Shown here piece by piece: positions 58,870 through 64,000 of a stretch of DNA of 64,000 nucleotides. The DNA comes from Octopus sinensis. Taxonomy: Eukaryota. A program made the translations under genes and the position numbers. The stretch lies in the NCBI RefSeq assembly GCF_006345805.1, contig NC_043015.1:41416001-41480000 (forward strand), read 5' to 3'. The number at the start of each line of letters is the position of its first letter. Position 1 is the first letter of the stretch. Below the pieces are notes generated by a model. It made no database searches, had not been told where the DNA came from, and was given only the letters and a program-made list of their open reading frames with translations.

Positions 58870-59310
58870 CATCATCATTGTTTAACATCTGTTTTCCATG
58901 CTAGCATGGGTTGATCAGTTCGACCGGGGTCTGGGAAGCCAGATGGCTGCACCAGGCTCCAGTCTGATCTGGCAGTGTTTCTACAGCTGGATGCCCTTCC
59001 TAACGTCAACCACTCCGTGAGTGTAGTGGGTGCTTTTTACATGCCAGGCGAGGCTGGCAATGGCCATGATCGGTTGGTGCTTTTTACATGCCACCGGCAC
59101 AGGTGCCAGGTGGGGCTGGCAATGGCCACGATTGGTTGGTGCTTTTTATGTGCCACCGCCACGGAAGCCAGTCAAGGCGGCGCTGGCATCGACCATGTTT
59201 GGATGGTGCTTTTTATGTGCCACCGGCACGGAAGCCAGTCAAGGCGGCACTGGCATCGACCATGTTCGGATGGTGCTTTTTATGTGCCACCGGCACAGGG
59301 ATCACAATTA
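58870..59310 (-). mobile_element. RTE-type 3' end with expanded GTGCCACCGGCAC tandem units
   Basis: Family sequence with ~5 tandem 45-55-bp subunits. Confidence 0.78.
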
Positions 59311-59689
59311 CAATTTCCATTAATTTCAATGAACAAGTCCTTATATTCTTTCGCTGAGATATTAAGATCATAAGGGATACAAATGCTGATCAATGAACAG
59401 ACCTTAATATTTTGGTCTTTTACAACAATATCTGATTTATTAGTTTTGATGGTTCTGTTTCATGTAATGGAATCTCTCAAAGGACCATTACATTTTGTCC
59501 TTCCGTTACAGCCTCAGAGTGGTGCTTATACCACTTGTCAAGTTTTGATTTTACAATGCCAACGTATTAACCAATGTCGATGTTGGCCAACTCCGTCATG
59601 TCTTGAGGTATACTCTACACTCTAACTTTTTATTAAGTGTTCCACTGTTTCAATCTTGTGAGGGCTGTGAGCTGGCAGCACTTCCTAAG

Positions 59690-60170
59690 CAACCTAAACG
59701 GAATTTGAACTCAGAATGTAATGGCAGACAAAATGCTTAGCAGCAATTTTTTGGCTCTTTACATTTGGGGTTCAAATTCTGTTGAGGTTGACTTTGTCTT
59801 TAAACCTTTCAAGGTTGGTAGAGTACAAGTTTATGTACTCTAAGATAAAGTACAAGTCAGGGACAGGGTCCATGTAATCAACTGACCACCCTTTCTAAAA
59901 ACTGCTGGCCCTCTGCTAAAAAATTAGATTGTTATTATTTATTTCTTTATTGCCCGCAGGGGGCTACACATAGAGGGGACAAACAAGGACAGGCAAAGGG
60001 ATTAAGTCGATTACATCGACCCTAGTGTGTAACTGGTACTTATTTAATCGACCCTGAAAGGATGAAAGACAAAGTCGACCTCAGTAGAATTTGAACTCAG
60101 AATGTAATGGCAGACAAAATACCGCTAAGTATATCACCCAGCATGCTAACGATTCTGCCACCCTGCTGCT
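59690..60170. mobile_element. SINE family B copies
   Basis: Minus copy at 59940-60170 (TATTTCTTTATTGCC..TTCTGCCA) preceded by a degenerate plus copy. Confidence 0.75.
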
Positions 60171-60897
60171 CTTTAGGATTATTATTATTATTATTATTGT
60201 TATCATCACCTGTGTTTTGTAGTTGTTACTGGTGCCACGTAAATGGCACCCATGCCAGTGACATGTAAGAGCACTCATTACACTCCTGGAGTGGTTGGCA
60301 CTAGGAAGGGCATCCGACTGTAGAAACCATACCAAATCAGAGTGGAACCTGGCGCAAACATCCGGTTCACCAACTCCAGTCAAACCATCCAACCCATGCC
60401 AGCATGGAGAGGAGACATTAAATGATGATGATGATTATGATGATGAAATCTTGCTTCTCAGAGCTATTTATCTTTCTTGCTCTGGTTAATTCTGTGAGAG
60501 CAGACAGCAACCTGTTGTTAAAGGTCTCACAAAATCTCTTTCCATGATTTATAAGACTTGGCACATTATCATCATCATCATCATTATTATTGTTGTTGTT
60601 GTTGACAGCTTTTCTCTTTCTTTACAATTTCTGACAATTTAAGCAAGTTGCCACAGAAAAAAGCCAACAATAATAAACCATTCAGGCCGGCAATAAAACT
60701 TAGATTATACAAAACAGAGGCATACACATTATAGACCTGCGTAGGAAGTCTATTTATTTCTGTGTGAACGCTTGGTAGTTTGAGGTTCAATCTAGTTCAG
60801 CCTATTAGCCTTCAGGTTACTCCGTCGAATGCAATCTCGTTTGTTCACATAACCTTGAATTAATCCTGCTTTATGTCATAGCCTCAAGATGTCAATA

Positions 60898-61076
60898 GGC
60901 GCAGGAGTGGCTGTGTGGTAAGTAGCTTGTTTACCAACCACATGCTTCCGGGTTCAGTCCCACTGCGTGGCACCTTGGGCAAGTGTCTTCTACTATAGCC
61001 TCGGGCCGACCAAAGCCTTGTGAGTGGATTTGGTAGACGGAAACTGAAAGAAGCCCATCGTATATATGTATGTATG

Positions 61077-61110
<34 letters not shown>

Positions 61111-61320
61111 ATATATGCGTGTGTGTGTTTGTCCCCCTAGCATTGCTTGACAACCGATGCTGGTGTGTTTATGTCCCCATTACTCAGCGGTTCGGCAAAA
61201 GAGACCGATAGAATAAGTACTGGGCTTACAAAAGAATAAGTCCCGGGGTCGATTTGCTCAACTAAAAGGCGGTGCTTCAGCATGGCCGCAGTCAAATGAC
61301 TGAAACAAGTAAAAGAGTAA
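60898..61320 (+). mobile_element. SINE family A, full length, young
   Basis: GGCGCAGGAGTGGCTGTGTGGTAAGTAGC..GACTGAAACAAGTAAAAGAGTAA. Confidence 0.9.
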
Positions 61321-62314
61321 TAGAAATGATATCAGGAATTAAAGGGGCTGAACAAGAGTTTTATGTATATGTATGTATATTTGTATATGTGTGAGTGTGT
61401 ATCTATATATGTATATATGTGTGTGTGTGTGTGTGTATTTCTATATATGTATACATGTGGTTGTATATATGTGTGTGTGTGTGTTTTTATGCTTGTGTTT
61501 GTGGAGGGGAAGTTGTCATGCATGGCTGACTGCTGGCCTTCCGTAACCAACCTTACCTGAGTTTGTTCCTCGGAGAGGAACTTTCCAGGTGCAATCTCAT
61601 GGTCATTCATGACCGAAGGGGGTCTTTAACCATTTGATGATGATGATGATGATGATAATAATGAGGATGAATGAAATCATTATGAAATCAGACCACAGCA
61701 GAATAATATTTTAGATTCAAAAGATGGAAATAGAATTTTAGTTGAGAAAGTGGTGTCTGTTGCTGGTAAATTTAATAATTGTTATATACTCTCCTTAAAC
61801 AATTGTTAAATCATATACTCTCCTTACACAATTGTAATCTCGCAATTGAACAATCGTGGCAACTAATAACCCCCCCCCCTTTCTCTCTCTCTCTCTCTCT
61901 CTCAGTTGCCGACTAGCTGTACTTTTAAAACTCTCTCTTTTTCTCTCTTACTTTCCAACTCTACCAGAAGCTTGCTATCTCTTTTCAGACTTGCTTTAAT
62001 CTCGTGTCTGGTCGACGACACACTTAATTCATCTCATAATATTAAAGGATTATCAAGGCATATTTGCAATATTCAGTACATTTTTTCTTAATTACTTTTT
62101 GTTTGGTTTGTCCAGATAAATTATCTGTAACTAATGTCCGTGTGAACCAAATGAACAAGAAACGGCGATAGACCTGATTGTGTCAGGTTTGAGTTAACCC
62201 TTTCAATGCCATTCTGCCTAAAACAGCCAATTGTTCTCTGACACAAATCATCAGGTTTTAAACTGTTTATATGTTTAAATCATTTCCAACCTGTTCTTTT
62301 CTGAGTGACCATTT

Positions 62315-63211
62315 AACCCTTTTGTTACCAACCTGGTTGAAACCGGCTCTGGCTCTGTAGTACAAATGTTTTGTTTCCATAAGTTTTGAATTGAAATCTT
62401 CCACCAAACCTTAATCACAATTCATGTTCCTAACACTAGCTTAACCCTTTTGTTACCAACCCGGCTGAAACCAGCTCTGGTTCTGAGTACAAATGTCTTG
62501 TTTTCAAAAGTTTTGAATTAAAATCTTCCACCAAACCTTAGTCACAATTCATTTTCCTAACACTAGCTTAACCCTTTTGTTACCAACCCGGCTGAAACCA
62601 GCTCTGGTTCTGAGTACAAATGTCTTGTTTTCATAAGTTCTGAATTAAAATCTTCCACCAAACCTTAGTCACAATTCATGTTCCTAACACTAACTTCATG
62701 ATAACTAAGTTATTTTACTAAATTCTTTGTTATATTTAAAATTAATTGAAAGAAACAGAGAGCATCCCAAAATAAATACAGTAAAAAAAGGGTTAATACC
62801 ACAACAAACTACTAAGGATAATTTATCACACGATTATAATAGGGTCTAGTTTATCAATCAGTTGGTTCAGAAGCAGTGTCTGTCAACCAGTTTTTACATA
62901 TAGACCCCTTTAATTCCTATTTTGCTTGGATGGACCCTTATAGCTATTTGAGGTTTAAAAGATCCTCTATTAAATATTATTACAAATTGTTTAACCCTTT
63001 CGTTACCAACCCGGCTGAAACCGGCTCTGGTTCTGTAGTACAAAGTACATAAGTTCTGAATTAAAATCTTCCACCAAACCTTAGTCACAATTTATGTTCC
63101 TAACACTAGTTGAATGATTACTAAGTTATTTTACTAAATTCTTTGTTATATTTAAAGTAATTGAAAGAAACACAGAGCAGCTCAAAATAATTACAGTAAC
63201 GAAAGTGTTAA
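62315..63211 (+). mobile_element. Array of piggyBac-like TTAA MITEs (2 half copies, 2 full copies, shared spacer)
   Basis: TTAA-CCCTTT(T/C)GTTACCAACC starts at ~62315, 62441, 62568 and 62991; right ends AAAGGG-TTAA (62793-96) and AAAGTG-TTAA (63208-11). Confidence 0.85.
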
Positions 63212-63779
63212 TTACTGTTTCAAATTTTGGCATAAGACCAGCAATTTGTGGGGCAAGGGGGATGGGGTAAGTCAATTACATTGACCCCAGTGCTCAACTG
63301 GTACTCATTTATTGACCCTGAAAGGATTAACGGGAAAGTTGGCTCTGGTGATATTTGAACTCAGAATGTAAGCAGTCAGATGTCACAAAGCAATTTTTCT
63401 GTTACACCTGTGATTATACCTGTTAAATCTCACCAAATTTGTTACATGCCACTGGTTCCCTGTGCCAGTGGGATGTAAAAAGCACCATCCGAACGTGGTC
63501 AATGCCAGTGCTGCCTGACTGGCTCCTGTGCCAGTGGCATGTAAAAAGCATCCACTCTACTCTCAGTGGTTTGCGTTAGGAAGGGCATCAAGCTGTAGAA
63601 ACTTTGGCAGATCAGATTGGAACCTGGTGCAGCTCCTGGCTTGCCAGTCCTTGGTCAAACCGTCCAACCCATGCCAGCATGGAAAACCGACGTTAAACAA
63701 TTTTCAAAATTAATTGAAATTCACACAGTGTATTTCATGAGGAATATGGCCATGAAAAGGTTGGCTGTGTACAAAGCTG

Positions 63780-64000
63780 ACAGCCAAGTGCGTAACTGGT
63801 ACTTATTTAATCAACCCCGAAAGGATGAAATGCAAAGTCGACCTTGGTGGAATTTGAACTCAGAACATAACAGCAGATGAAATACCTATTTCTTTACTAC
63901 CCACAAGGGGCTAAACACAGAGGGGACAAACAAGGACAGACACACGGATTAAGTTGATTACATTGACCCCAGTGCATAACAGGTACTTAATTTATCGACC
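63780..64000 (-). mobile_element. Tandem SINE family B dimer (runs off the window end)
   Basis: Junction GAAATACC|TATTTC at 63886/63887. Confidence 0.82.

Noticed and set aside
58990-59310. Repeated GTGCCACCGGCAC palindromic units with short spacers, superficially CRISPR-like
   Set aside because: The spacers are homologous to each other, the array lies inside a dispersed eukaryotic retroposon 3' UTR, and there are no cas genes.
61880-62180. Candidate next GCC2 exon acceptors (61904, 61990, 62115)
   Set aside because: Each hits an in-frame stop in the required phase-1 frame before any credible donor.

Overview
AT-rich, repeat-dense animal genomic DNA. The SINE/LINE repertoire and microsatellite load suggest an octopus or other coleoid cephalopod (inference). 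Genes supported by the sequence, all absent or incomplete in the ORF track: (1) a single-exon-CDS SARAF/TMEM66 (+, 3033-3935); (2) a complete 7-exon MRPS15 (+, 11914-22891, 291 aa) whose frame closes only with a GC-AG intron 5; (3) an intact tRNA-Gly(TCC) (-, 26304-26375); (4) two early coding exons of GCC2/GCC185 (+, 56158-56214 and 58107-58191), with the start exon not located and the rest beyond the window. The remainder is tRNA-derived SINEs (at least 4 families), RTE and CR1 LINE debris, Helitrons, hAT, Tc1/mariner, pogo and piggyBac-like MITEs, a probable LTR+PBS and long microsatellites. Most long ORFs in the track are microsatellite or SINE artefacts. Best leads: hammerhead-ribozyme motifs in (TA)n-embedded Penelope-like inserts, including one with a ~100-nt nested stem II at 50554-50680; two near-perfect 58-85 bp foldback hairpins (28145-28318, 31134-31306); a MITE-spacer-MITE composite found twice 41 kb apart; and a SINE family that recurs as tandem multimers with an identical palindromic junction. 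No CRISPR, rRNA or prokaryotic features were seen. Repeat boundaries are approximate (about +/-10 nt) unless TIR/TSD coordinates are given.
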